64,000 bases of DNA from Cellulosilyticum sp. (GCA_015058045.1 SVDC01000017.1:1327-65326), one strand, 5' to 3'; positions 28,494 through 38,647 are shown, counted from the first letter of the stretch. The notes: a model not told the origin generated them from the letters alone. Numbers and translations: made by a program.

Positions 28494-29684
28494 ATGGTAT
28501 CAGAAAAAATGTATCAGTTAGGAAGTAAACGGTCTACTATTAGAGAGTTATTTGAATATGGAAAAAAACGTGCACAAGAAGTTGGAAAAGAAAATGTTTA
28601 TGATTTTAGTATTGGAAATCCTACTGTTCCTTCACCAGCTTGCGTAAAAGAATCCATTATGGAAATTTTAGATACCGTAGATTCTTCGACTATTCATGGT
28701 TACACTTCAGCACAGGGAGATTTAGAGACAAGAGCGGCAATTGCTACATATTTAAATAATACATATGATTTAAATGTTAAGGCAGATAATTTTTATATGA
28801 CTTGTGGGGCAGCAGCTTCTTTATGTATTAGTATTAAGGCATTAACTGAGACAAAAGAAGATGAGTTTGTAGTCATTGCACCATTTTTCCCAGAGTATCG
28901 TGTTTTTATTGAAGCTCAAGGTGCTACTTTTAAAATGGTACCTGCTGATACAAAAGCTTTTCAAATTAACTTTGAGGCATTAGAAGAAGCGATTAATATA
29001 CATACAAAGGCTATTATTATTAATTCACCTAATAACCCATCAGGCACAATCTATTCTGAGGAAACGATTAAGCAATTAGCAAGCTTACTAGATAGAAAGT
29101 CTGATGAATATGGGCATGCTATTGTACTACTTTCAGATGAACCCTATAGAGAAATTGCTTATGATGATGTAGTCGTTCCTTATGTAACAAGATACTATAA
29201 GAATACTATTGTATGCTATTCCTATAGTAAATCTTTATCTTTACCAGGGGAACGTATTGGTTATATTTTAGTTCCAGATGAAGTGGAAAATAGTAAGGCT
29301 GTATATGCAGCAGTCTGTGGTGCAGGTAGAGCATTAGGTTATGTCTGTGCACCAAGTTTATTCCAAAAAGTGATTGCTAAGTGTGTTGGACAAACTGGAG
29401 ATATTGATTTATATAAGAAAAACAGAGATTTACTTTATGAAAACTTAACAGCAATGGGTTATGAATGCGTGAAACCACAGGGTGCTTTTTATCTTTTCAT
29501 GAAAGCGATGGAGGAAGACTCTGTGGCCTTTTGTGAAAAAGCAAAAGCCTGTGATTTACTATTAGTAGCAGCAGATGATTTTGGTTGCCCTGGATATGTG
29601 AGAATATCTTATTGTGTAGAAGAAGATATGATTAGACGTTCTTTTAAGGCTTTTGAAAAACTTGCAAGTATTTATAAAGCATAG
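28494..29684 (+). CDS. PLP-dependent aminotransferase class I/II (aspartate aminotransferase-like)
   Basis: DFSIGNP, NSPNNPSG, DEPYRE and SYSKSLSLPGERIG motifs. Confidence 0.92.
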   Translation: MVSEKMYQLGSKRSTIRELFEYGKKRAQEVGKENVYDFSIGNPTVPSPACVKESIMEILDTVDSSTIHGYTSAQGDLETRAAIATYLNNTYDLNVKADNFYMTCGAAASLCISIKALTETKEDEFVVIAPFFPEYRVFIEAQGATFKMVPADTKAFQINFEALEEAINIHTKAIIINSPNNPSGTIYSEETIKQLASLLDRKSDEYGHAIVLLSDEPYREIAYDDVVVPYVTRYYKNTIVCYSYSKSLSLPGERIGYILVPDEVENSKAVYAAVCGAGRALGYVCAPSLFQKVIAKCVGQTGDIDLYKKNRDLLYENLTAMGYECVKPQGAFYLFMKAMEEDSVAFCEKAKACDLLLVAADDFGCPGYVRISYCVEEDMIRRSFKAFEKLASIYKA

Positions 29685-29690
29685 AAAATA

Positions 29691-29725
29691 AAAAAGAGAG
29701 GAAATGCCAATGCATCCTCTCTTTT
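29691..29725. terminator. Bidirectional terminator
   Basis: AAAAGAGAGGAAATGC-CAAT-GCATCCTCTCTTTT between convergent genes. Confidence 0.75.
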
Positions 29726-29732
29726 AAGCATA

Positions 29733-31076
29733 TTAACAGGATATAAATCTCCCTTTTTTCATTTTTACATAGTAGACGATTACAAGGAATACGCCAGCAC
29801 TAAGCCAAGCAGCCTGAGTTGCAAGATAAATGGCTGTATATCCTAAGGTAGATGTAAAGAAAAGTGCAACAATACATCTAGAAACGAGCTCAATCATACC
29901 AGCAATTAAGGTGATAAGGCCTTCACCTAGACCTTGCAGGCTATTACGATAAATAAAGATAGCGCCAACAGGAATAAGGAATGGAACGACTGCAATAAGA
30001 TATTCTCTAGACGTTTCTATAACAGCCATAGCTTCAGGCGATGGTGTAATAAATAGACCAACTAAAGCATCACCCAAGAAGAAAATCATCAGCCCGCTTA
30101 TGATACAGCAAATGGTGCAGATGACCATACCACTTGTGACACCTTTTTTTATACGCTCCATTTTGCCAGCACCTAAGTTTTGACCTGTATAAGTAGCCAT
30201 AGTAATACCTAGTGTTTTAAAAGGTTGCAGTGCTAATTGTTCTACTTTAGAAGCGGCTGTATAGGCTGCCACAACAGTAGAACCTAAAGAGTTAACGGCT
30301 GATTGAAGAACCATAATACCGATGGCTGTAATGGAGTATTGAAGTGCCATAGGAAATCCTAATCGAAGTAGTTTGTAAATAGAACCAGACTGATAGCGAA
30401 AATCTTCGGCTGTTAAATGTAAAATTTTATAACGCTTAATGGCATAAAATAAACAAAGTACCCCTGAAATACCTTGTGAAATCACTGTAGCATAAGCTGC
30501 TCCAGCAACACCCATTTGAAACTTAAGAATGAAGACAAGGTCTAAGATAACATTTAAAATAGCCGAAAGAATTAAAAAATAGAGTGGTGTTTTGCTATCT
30601 CCGATAGAGCGAAGTACACCAGCTACCATATTGTAAAGTACAGTTGTACAAAGTCCAGCGAAAATAATCACTATGTAAGTATAGGCATCGTCTATAATAT
30701 CTACAGGTGTATTCATAAGTTCCAATAATGGTTTAGCAAAACATACAGCAAGAATGGTAACCACAATGGAAAGTGCTATAGATAAGTAAATGGACATAGC
30801 CACATAATGACGCATTTTATCTTTATCATTAGCGCCAAAGGTTTGAGCGATAGGGATAGCAAAACCAGCAGTTAGTCCTATAACAAAATCAACAATTAAA
30901 AAAGACATACTACCGGTAGCACCTACTGCAGCTAGGGCATTTACACCTACAAAACGCCCTACAATGGCGGTATCTACCATACTATAGAACTGTTGAAATA
31001 AGTTTCCTATGAGTAGGGGGATAGAAAACATACAAATAAGTTTGGCTGGATTTCCAGCAGTCAAATCTTTTGTCAT
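29733..31076 (-). CDS. MATE-family efflux transporter
   Basis: PLLIGNLFQQFYSMVDTAIVG, GDSKTPL and GQNLGAG motifs; about 12 TM segments. Confidence 0.93.
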   Translation of the reverse strand: MTKDLTAGNPAKLICMFSIPLLIGNLFQQFYSMVDTAIVGRFVGVNALAAVGATGSMSFLIVDFVIGLTAGFAIPIAQTFGANDKDKMRHYVAMSIYLSIALSIVVTILAVCFAKPLLELMNTPVDIIDDAYTYIVIIFAGLCTTVLYNMVAGVLRSIGDSKTPLYFLILSAILNVILDLVFILKFQMGVAGAAYATVISQGISGVLCLFYAIKRYKILHLTAEDFRYQSGSIYKLLRLGFPMALQYSITAIGIMVLQSAVNSLGSTVVAAYTAASKVEQLALQPFKTLGITMATYTGQNLGAGKMERIKKGVTSGMVICTICCIISGLMIFFLGDALVGLFITPSPEAMAVIETSREYLIAVVPFLIPVGAIFIYRNSLQGLGEGLITLIAGMIELVSRCIVALFFTSTLGYTAIYLATQAAWLSAGVFLVIVYYVKMKKGRFISC

Positions 31077-31189
31077 AAAATCTCCTTATTGTGCACTAAA
31101 ATTTGGTTATTAATTATAGCTGTAATGAGCGTAAGATGCAAGCAAAGAATAGACATTGATTAAAATTTACAACTCAGGAAGGTGAAAAG

Positions 31190-32110
31190 ATGTTTTTAAA
31201 GAAACTTTTTCGGAAGTCAGAAGACTACTCATCGCAAATTGATACAGCAAGAAAATGGATTCATGAAGCAGATGCACTAGTGATTGGGATTGGAGAAGGC
31301 GTATCAGCAGCTAGTGGTCTAGACCATGCTAGGTATCATTTAGTAAAAGCGTATTTTTATGACTATTACCGAATGGGATTTAGAAGCCTTGCAGAACTCA
31401 ATCGAATGTATACTCAGATTACACCTGAAAATGCAAAGGCATATTGGGGCTACTGGGCAAGATATATTAAGTACATAAGTTATGAAAGAGAAGTAGGAAA
31501 TGGTTATAGAGACTTATTACGCCTTATTAGAAATAAGAATTATATGATTTATACTACTAATATAGATAGCCAAGTTCAAAAAGTAGGATTTAAAGAGGAG
31601 AGAGTATTTGCCCAAGGAGGAGATGGGCGCTTTTTAAAATGTAGTCAGTCTTGTACCCAAAAACTCTATGATAGTATGGAGATTCTAGAGTCAATGATTA
31701 AAAGTATGGAGGGAAATTTAGAGATTAAAGCTAATAAAATGCCACGTTGTCCGCATTGCGGTGGGTATTTAATTCCTAATATACAAGATGTAGATTGGAA
31801 TAGGCAGCGAGAACAAGAGGCCAAAGAGACTGTTAATGAACAGCCTATGCAAAATGAAAGTGCTTTTTATGATTTTGTACAAAAATATAGTCAAGAAAAA
31901 ATAGTATTTCTAGAACTAGGGATGGATCCATCGATTAGGATGAGAACATTTTTTGAAGAGCAAAGCCGACAATATGATTTGGCACGTTTGATTAGAGTTC
32001 ATGAAGAAGAGGTTAGTTTATCAGATGATTTAAAGACTAAGGCAATTGGCATTAGGATGAATTTAGAAGAAGCTATAGCTGAAGTAGCAAGTGGTATAGT
32101 GAGCTTATAG
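31190..32110 (+). CDS. Sir2-family protein resembling class M sirtuins (SirTM), degenerate
   Basis: EADALVIGIGEGVS, YWGYWARYI, TTNID, FAQG, CxxxC and CPHC zinc ligands, FLELG. Confidence 0.75.
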   Translation: MFLKKLFRKSEDYSSQIDTARKWIHEADALVIGIGEGVSAASGLDHARYHLVKAYFYDYYRMGFRSLAELNRMYTQITPENAKAYWGYWARYIKYISYEREVGNGYRDLLRLIRNKNYMIYTTNIDSQVQKVGFKEERVFAQGGDGRFLKCSQSCTQKLYDSMEILESMIKSMEGNLEIKANKMPRCPHCGGYLIPNIQDVDWNRQREQEAKETVNEQPMQNESAFYDFVQKYSQEKIVFLELGMDPSIRMRTFFEEQSRQYDLARLIRVHEEEVSLSDDLKTKAIGIRMNLEEAIAEVASGIVSL

Positions 32111-32161
32111 TAATTGAGAAGAGCTGAATATTTTACTGTTTTTAATAACAGGAGGATAGAA

Positions 32162-32419
32162 ATGAAGCAGAATAAATGTATGATGTTAGGCAAGATAGGT
32201 ATTGCATTAGTAAGTATAGTAATAGTGGGCTTATACATAAAGGAAAAGATGATAGTACATGAAGCAAGTTCTATAGGGATTATTGGGGGAGCAGATGGTC
32301 CGACAGCCATTTTTGTGACTTCGAAGGTTAGTCCAACTCTCATTATGAGTATAGGATTAACACTAGTAGTCTTGAGCACTGTATTTGCAATATGTAAATT
32401 TAGTAAAGGGAAAAAATAG
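32162..32419 (+). CDS. Small two-TM protein carrying the OadB signature IGIIGGADGPTAIF
   Basis: AGGAGG RBS and ATG 32162; 85 aa; the motif lies between two hydrophobic helices. Confidence 0.75.
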   Translation: MKQNKCMMLGKIGIALVSIVIVGLYIKEKMIVHEASSIGIIGGADGPTAIFVTSKVSPTLIMSIGLTLVVLSTVFAICKFSKGKK

Positions 32420-32505
32420 AGTAATGGATGTTAATAAAATAAAGAAGGAATGGCTATACTTTAAAAGAATGTGAGACAGGCAGTTTTTGAGAGAGGAGGG
32501 CCAAG

Positions 32506-34947
32506 ATGGAGCAGATAGAGAAGCTTGTACAAGAAGAGGAAGTCTATGAGCAAGATTTTAAGAGGATAAGGCAAGGATTATCTCGTGATGAAGTGGAAAG
32601 ACGAATAGAGGCAAATCAAACCAATGCACCTGTTAAGCCACCTTCAAAAACGGAAAAAGAAATCATTATAAATAACATATGTACCTATTTTAATCTTATT
32701 TTTGCAGTGATTACTGTACTACTTATTATAGTAGGCTCTTATCGAGACCTGACTTTTTTACCGATTATTATAGCCAATACACTCATTGGAATTGTACAGC
32801 AAATTCGTTCCAAGAAAACACTTGATCAGCTTTCTGTATTAAATACACCTAGGGCAAGAGTTGTAAGAGAAGGCGAAGAGATGGACTTACCTATAGAACA
32901 GCTAGTTTTAGATGATATCGTTATTTTTTCAGCAGGTAATCAGATTTGTGCAGATGCCATTGTGTTAGAGGGAGAAGTACAAGTTAATGAATCTCTTATT
33001 ACAGGAGAAGCAGATGAAATTACGAAACGAATGGATGATGCCTTATTATCAGGAAGTTTTATTGTATCGGGAAAATGTTATGCTAGATTAAATAAGGTAG
33101 GTGCAGATTCCTATGCATCTAAACTTACTCTTGAAGCAAAGGCTGTAAAAGAGGGGGAACAGTCAGAGATGATGCGTTCTCTAAATGTTATTGTTAAATC
33201 AGTAGGTATTGCCATTATTCCCATTAGCATCATTTTATTTTATCAGCAATACTTTATTGGGGGAGATAGTTTTAAGGATAGCGTGACTTCAACAGTAGCT
33301 GCTGTTATTGGCATGATTCCAGAGGGGCTATATCTGTTAACTAGTGTAGCTTTAGCTGTTAGTGTAAGGCATTTAGCCAAACGAAAAGTCCTTGTACATG
33401 ATATGAAGTGTATAGAAACCTTGGCAAGAGTAGATGTCCTCTGTGTAGATAAAACAGGGACCATTACGGAAAATAAAATGACTGTAAGTGAACTTGTGAC
33501 ATTAGAAGGCTATGAAGCGATAGAGCTTACTGAATTAATGGGAGACTTTACGGATAATATGGCAAGAGATAATGCTACCATGGAGGCTTTAGCTGCATAC
33601 TTTACCCAGACAACAGGAAGAAAAGCTGATCAGGTAAGTTCCTTTTCTTCAGCGACTAAATATAGTGGGGTAAGATTTGGAGAAGAAGTGTATGTATTAG
33701 GCGCACCAGAATTTGTGCTTCGTAAGCAATATGAAGCGTACAAGGAACAGATTACGAGTTTAAGTGGCGAGGGTTATAGAGTTGTGGTATTTGGAAGATA
33801 TGAGGGGAATCTAGATGGTAAGCCATTGGTAGGTAAAGTAGAGCCTATGGCATTTGTTTTACTTTCTAATCCTATACGAAAAGAAGCTATGAAAACTTTT
33901 TCATATTTTGCAAAGCAGGATGTGGAGATTAAGGTGATTTCAGGTGACCATCCGATAACCGTCTCTAAGATTGCTGAAAAAGCAGGAATTCAAAATGCCA
34001 GTCGATATATAGATGCTTCCACCTTAAAGACAGAGGAGGATATTAGACAAGCGATTTTAAAGTATACAGTGTTTGGACGAGTTACACCTAATCAAAAAAG
34101 GAGCTTTGTAAGAGCCTTAAAAGAAGCAGGACATACAGTAGCTATGACGGGAGACGGTGTCAATGATGTACTGGCCTTAAAAGATGCAGATTGTAGTATT
34201 GCTATGGCATCAGGAAGTGATGTAGCAGCTCAGGCTTCACAACTTGTACTATTAGAATCTAACTTTGCGTGCATGCCTTCTGTGGTTAAGGAAGGGCGTA
34301 GAGTCGTGAATAATATTGAACGTTCTGCTAGCTTGTTTTTAGTAAAGAATCTATTTTCTTTTATGATGTCACTCTTTGCAATTTGTTTTATGGTGAATTA
34401 CCCATTAAAACCTTCTCAAGTTTCACTTATTAGCATGTTTACTATAGGCATACCAGCTTTTCTATTGGCATTGGAGCGTAACACAAGTCGCATCAAAGGG
34501 CGCTTTATGACTAATGTTTTATTTAAAGCACTTCCAGCAGGGCTAACAGACTTCTTTATTGTTAGTGCGCTGATTATCTTTGGGGTTGAATTTGGCGTGG
34601 ATCAAGATGACGTATCTACAGCAAGTGTTATGCTTATGGCAATAGTAGGCTTTATGATTTTATACCGCTCAAGTGTTCCGATGAATAGATGGCGACTTGG
34701 TATATTTCTTACAATGCTTGTAGGCTTTTTATTCTGTATTGCGTTTATGAGTAACCTATTTGCCATTAGTTCTATATCTATAAGATGTGGTATGCTCCTA
34801 GCTGTATTTGCTATTGCATCAGAGCCAATCTTTAGGTATTTGAGTGTTGGGATTTATTGGATTAATAAAACGTATGTGAAGTTTAAAATGAATAAAGAAT
34901 CTATACTAGGGAACTTCGATAAAGATAAAGAAGAGGATAATGGATAA
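32506..34947 (+). CDS. Cation-transporting P-type ATPase (HAD-IC, CtpE-like)
   Basis: NESLITGEA, IPEGL, DKTGT, ISGD and MTGDGVND motifs. Confidence 0.93.
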   Translation: MEQIEKLVQEEEVYEQDFKRIRQGLSRDEVERRIEANQTNAPVKPPSKTEKEIIINNICTYFNLIFAVITVLLIIVGSYRDLTFLPIIIANTLIGIVQQIRSKKTLDQLSVLNTPRARVVREGEEMDLPIEQLVLDDIVIFSAGNQICADAIVLEGEVQVNESLITGEADEITKRMDDALLSGSFIVSGKCYARLNKVGADSYASKLTLEAKAVKEGEQSEMMRSLNVIVKSVGIAIIPISIILFYQQYFIGGDSFKDSVTSTVAAVIGMIPEGLYLLTSVALAVSVRHLAKRKVLVHDMKCIETLARVDVLCVDKTGTITENKMTVSELVTLEGYEAIELTELMGDFTDNMARDNATMEALAAYFTQTTGRKADQVSSFSSATKYSGVRFGEEVYVLGAPEFVLRKQYEAYKEQITSLSGEGYRVVVFGRYEGNLDGKPLVGKVEPMAFVLLSNPIRKEAMKTFSYFAKQDVEIKVISGDHPITVSKIAEKAGIQNASRYIDASTLKTEEDIRQAILKYTVFGRVTPNQKRSFVRALKEAGHTVAMTGDGVNDVLALKDADCSIAMASGSDVAAQASQLVLLESNFACMPSVVKEGRRVVNNIERSASLFLVKNLFSFMMSLFAICFMVNYPLKPSQVSLISMFTIGIPAFLLALERNTSRIKGRFMTNVLFKALPAGLTDFFIVSALIIFGVEFGVDQDDVSTASVMLMAIVGFMILYRSSVPMNRWRLGIFLTMLVGFLFCIAFMSNLFAISSISIRCGMLLAVFAIASEPIFRYLSVGIYWINKTYVKFKMNKESILGNFDKDKEEDNG

Positions 34948-35116
34948 CCAGAGCAATGGTTGCTCCAAATGGATTCAAACAATAGAGAAAGATATAGAGC
35001 TATTGGAGCCAGATGTAGCAATAGGGGTAAGTGCAAAAAATGAAATAGAAGGTAAAGATGACGTTATAGAGTGGATGAGTGGCACTAATGATAAAAATGG
35101 AAAAGTATATAGATAA
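34940..35116 (+). CDS. Unannotated 58-aa ORF overlapping the ATPase stop
   Basis: AAGAGGA RBS and ATG 34940; MDNQSNGCSKWIQTIEKDIELLEPDVAIGVSAKNEIEGKDDVIEWMSGTNDKNGKVYR. Confidence 0.4.
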   Translation: MDNQSNGCSKWIQTIEKDIELLEPDVAIGVSAKNEIEGKDDVIEWMSGTNDKNGKVYR

Positions 35117-35168
35117 AAATAACAAATAATGGAAGTTAATTATGGTAGTAAACACAATAGGAAGAATA

Positions 35169-35197
35169 TGGAAATTCTGTAAGGATAGTGATATAAT
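35169..35197 (+). promoter_or_regulatory. sigmaA-like promoter directly upstream of a terminator
   Basis: TGGAAA-N17-TATAAT with extended TG (TGATATAAT). Confidence 0.45.
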
Positions 35198-35207
35198 AAT
35201 AAGGACT

Positions 35208-35243
35208 AATCCTAGCACATAAATAAATGTGCTAGGATTTTTT
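35208..35243 (+). terminator. Intrinsic terminator
   Basis: AATCCTAGCACAT-AAATAA-ATGTGCTAGGATT followed by T residues. Confidence 0.85.
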
Positions 35244-35373
35244 ATTTGTTGAATATTATAGAATTACACATACAAATCTGGGGATTGTGTGGATTATTGT
35301 AATAGACAACTAAAAGTAATGTGAATAAATCATACATAGAAAATGAGTAATGAGATAATGGGGGTAATAAAGT

Positions 35374-35598
35374 ATGGGGAATGTTATGACACACATTATA
35401 AATAATGGAATGGTATTGTTATCAGCTGTAGAAGATGAGGAAGCAAAGGGACAATTTCCTTTTTTAGCAGCACTGGTATTAATAGCTATTATTTTAATTG
35501 TTAGTATTGGGGATATGGTGGCTGTTAACAAGAGTAAAGAAAATGAGGAAAAACAAAAAAATAAAAATAAAGACTCTAACCAGGATACTCAGATGTAA
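35374..35598 (+). CDS. Small single-TM hypothetical protein
   Basis: GGGGG RBS; one TM followed by a Lys/Asn/Glu-rich tail. Confidence 0.55.
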   Translation: MGNVMTHIINNGMVLLSAVEDEEAKGQFPFLAALVLIAIILIVSIGDMVAVNKSKENEEKQKNKNKDSNQDTQM

Positions 35599-35643
35599 CG
35601 CTATGCAATAGGGATATGGACTATTAGGGAGAATATGAAATAG

Positions 35644-35672
35644 TTGTAAATCAAGGTATTTATGTATATAAT
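35644..35672 (+). promoter_or_regulatory. sigmaA promoter of glmM
   Basis: TTGTAA-N17-TATAAT. Confidence 0.65.
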
Positions 35673-35721
35673 AAATACAAATGATTAAAAATTCCCTCAG
35701 GAGAAAGTGAGGCCATATCAA

Positions 35722-37074
35722 ATGGGTAAATTATTTGGAACAGATGGCGTAAGAGGTGTAGCTAATACAGAACTTACGGGACAGCTTGCATACCAAGTAG
35801 GTCAAGCTGGCGCTTATGTTTTAACAAAAGAAACAAAGAAACAACCAAAAATTTTAGTAGCAAGAGATACACGTATTTCTGGAACAATGCTTGAAGCAGC
35901 TCTTGTTGCAGGGATTTGTTCAGTAGGTGCAAAAGCTATTTCTATTGGAGTCGTGCCTACACCAGCAGTAGCATACTTAGTAAGAGAATTAGGTGCAGAT
36001 GCAGGGGTTATGATTTCAGCATCTCACAATCCAGTTGAATTTAATGGTATTAAATTCTTTAATGGTGAAGGTTATAAATTACGTGATGAATTAGAAGAGG
36101 AAATTGAAAATTTAATTTTAGCTAGAAGTGAAAGTATTCCATTACCAACAGGTGAAGAAATTGGTACTTGGGAAATGGATCACTCAGTGATTGATAAATA
36201 TATTGATTATGTATGTAATACAATTTCAGGAGACTTAAAAGGACTTAAAGTTCTTGTAGACTGTGCAAATGGAGCAGCTTCAGAGGTGGCACCAATTGCT
36301 CTTGAAAGACTTGGTGCAGAGGTTGAACTCATTCACCACAAACCAAATGGTATTAACATTAACAGAATGTGTGGTTCAACACATATGAATGACCTTCAAA
36401 GTCAAGTTGTTGGACGTAGAATGGAAGCTGGTATTGCCTTTGATGGTGATGCAGACCGTTGTCTTGCAGTTGATGAAAAAGGTGAATTAATCGATGGAGA
36501 CCAAATCTTAAGTATTGTTGGTTTAGACATGAAACAACGTGGTATCTTAAAAGGAGATACAATCGTTGCAACAGTTATGAGTAACCTTGGTTTAACCATT
36601 ATGAGTAAAGAACAAGATGTAAATCTTATTCAAACAAGGGTAGGAGACCGTTATGTTCTTGAAAAAATGCTTAAACATGGTTACAACCTTGGTGGAGAAC
36701 AATCAGGACACGTTATCTTCCTTGATTACAATACAACAGGAGATGGTTTAATTACTGCGATTCAATTACTTTATGTAATGAAGAAGACAGGTATGCCATT
36801 ATCAGAGCTTAAAAATTGCATGCAAATCTTCCCACAAGTTCTTATAAATGCAAAAGTTAAAAATGAAAATAAACATGCATATAGCGAAGATCCAGAAATT
36901 CAAGAGCAAATTGATGCCCTTGAAGCAAAATTCAATGGTGAAGGTAGAGTCCTTATTAGACCTTCAGGTACAGAACCACTTGTACGTGTAATGATTGAAG
37001 GAAAAGATAAAGCTGTAATGCAAGAAGAGGCTGAGAAATTAGCTCGATTTATCGAAGAAAGATTAGGCGAATAA
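35722..37074 (+). CDS. glmM: Phosphoglucosamine mutase
   Basis: [31 protein letters not shown] and [12 protein letters not shown] motifs. Start reassigned to ATG 35722. Confidence 0.96.
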   Translation: MGKLFGTDGVRGVANTELTGQLAYQVGQAGAYVLTKETKKQPKILVARDTRISGTMLEAALVAGICSVGAKAISIGVVPTPAVAYLVRELGADAGVMISASHNPVEFNGIKFFNGEGYKLRDELEEEIENLILARSESIPLPTGEEIGTWEMDHSVIDKYIDYVCNTISGDLKGLKVLVDCANGAASEVAPIALERLGAEVELIHHKPNGININRMCGSTHMNDLQSQVVGRRMEAGIAFDGDADRCLAVDEKGELIDGDQILSIVGLDMKQRGILKGDTIVATVMSNLGLTIMSKEQDVNLIQTRVGDRYVLEKMLKHGYNLGGEQSGHVIFLDYNTTGDGLITAIQLLYVMKKTGMPLSELKNCMQIFPQVLINAKVKNENKHAYSEDPEIQEQIDALEAKFNGEGRVLIRPSGTEPLVRVMIEGKDKAVMQEEAEKLARFIEERLGE

Positions 37075-37091
37075 CTGAGTAGTTATTCATT

Positions 37092-37143
37092 AAAAATAAA
37101 AGTGCTAAAAACTAATTGAAGTTTTTAGCACTTTTTATTTTTT
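37092..37143. terminator. Bidirectional terminator
   Basis: AAAAGTGCTAAAAACT-N6-AGTTTTTAGCACTTTT flanked by A and T tracts. Confidence 0.85.
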
Positions 37144-37168
37144 GAAGCTTAATGATAAGAATAGGTTC

Positions 37169-38647
37169 TTAATAAATATCCTTAAATTCTTCTCCAGCTT
37201 TAGCAGCTTTAAGGGTATCTTTTAAGTTAACGAGTTGTGTTTTTGTAACGCCTACTAATAAAACATCATTTAAATAAGTTTGATAATATTGGTTATTAGT
37301 AGATGGTGTTAAAGTTGCTGATAATGTACTACCATCTGAAAGGGTGTAGGTAATAGTAGCTACTGCTGTAGAATCTGTACTTTTTTCATCTAATTCAATC
37401 TCTGCTGTAAGGCCACAAATATTACGATAAAGCTTTTTAAAGAGGTCTTTTTCCATTTCTTTATCATCTAAGCTATATTTTTGATTAGCTTCGTCAACAG
37501 TCATATGATATGAAGCATCATCAAAAGTAACATCAATGGCTGTTACTTTATTAATGTTAGGCATCGCTATATATTTACTCACTAAGAAGAATGGTGAAGC
37601 AGTTTCTTTTAAGCCTGTTAAGAAAGTCGCATCCATAGAGTAAACACTACTATCGCCAACTTTCATAAAGGCAATTTCTCCATTTTCTAAGGTGTTCCCC
37701 CAGATATAATCTGCTTGTCCAATAATATTAAAGGTATTATCACTACTTGGTGTATCAGATGTAGTAGAATTTGGGTCATAGTAGTTAACTGTTAAATGGA
37801 GACGAGGATTATCCAGTCCATATGTAGATAAATCTGTTACATCATCAGCTACAAAATTGTTAACTGTGAATTTTGGTAGTGCTGCTTTTAATTGTTCTGT
37901 ACTGTAGGTATTGGCAAGGACATTTTCAAAGTCGTCTGTTGAGAGATTATAGGTTGTAGAATAACCATTTTGTTCAGGACTAAGTGCTAATGTGATATGA
38001 TCGAACTCACTACCACTAATAATAATATCGTGGATAGATGCAGACTCATAGTTTTCTAGTTCTTTTGTTCTATAGGAATTAATATCTCCAATCATACAAT
38101 TGTAAACCATGCTATTTACTACATAAACTGTAGTTGGATCATTATCTAACATGGCATAAACGCTCATTTGATCCAATGAAAGATTTCCTAAAGAAATACC
38201 TACTGTAGAGCCATCTTTTAAATGATAAGTGGCTTTTTTAGAAGGTGCATCTAAACCATATTCGGCAAGATTGGCATCTTTGATAGAACGAGTTGCATCA
38301 ATATCTAACATAACTTTAGACTTATAGTTTAATCCAGATTGGTCAAGGGCATAATCCTCAAATCCTTCAAGTGTCCAATTTTCGCCATCATATAAATAGT
38401 TTAAAGTGTTACTTCCTACAGTTACTTCAATAGAAGCAATATTGGAAGGTTCAAGTTTTAAAACAGAAACGGCTTCAGTTTCTGTAGAGGATGTAATATC
38501 ACTAGTTTGGGTCACATCAGCTTCAGCAGTTGTTTCTTGAGTGTTGGAAGCTGATTCTTCTGTTTTGTTAGTAGTTGTATACCAAAGGGCAACTGAAAGT
38601 GCTCCTAAAGTTAATACAGCTAAAGTGATAGTTAGTGATTTTTTCAT
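37169..38647 (-). CDS. DUF4340-domain membrane-anchored protein
   Basis: N-terminal TM; repeated NLAEYGLDAP/DLSTYGLDNP motifs each followed by a G-n-x-G..Y segment. Confidence 0.8.
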   Translation of the reverse strand: MKKSLTITLAVLTLGALSVALWYTTTNKTEESASNTQETTAEADVTQTSDITSSTETEAVSVLKLEPSNIASIEVTVGSNTLNYLYDGENWTLEGFEDYALDQSGLNYKSKVMLDIDATRSIKDANLAEYGLDAPSKKATYHLKDGSTVGISLGNLSLDQMSVYAMLDNDPTTVYVVNSMVYNCMIGDINSYRTKELENYESASIHDIIISGSEFDHITLALSPEQNGYSTTYNLSTDDFENVLANTYSTEQLKAALPKFTVNNFVADDVTDLSTYGLDNPRLHLTVNYYDPNSTTSDTPSSDNTFNIIGQADYIWGNTLENGEIAFMKVGDSSVYSMDATFLTGLKETASPFFLVSKYIAMPNINKVTAIDVTFDDASYHMTVDEANQKYSLDDKEMEKDLFKKLYRNICGLTAEIELDEKSTDSTAVATITYTLSDGSTLSATLTPSTNNQYYQTYLNDVLLVGVTKTQLVNLKDTLKAAKAGEEFKDIY

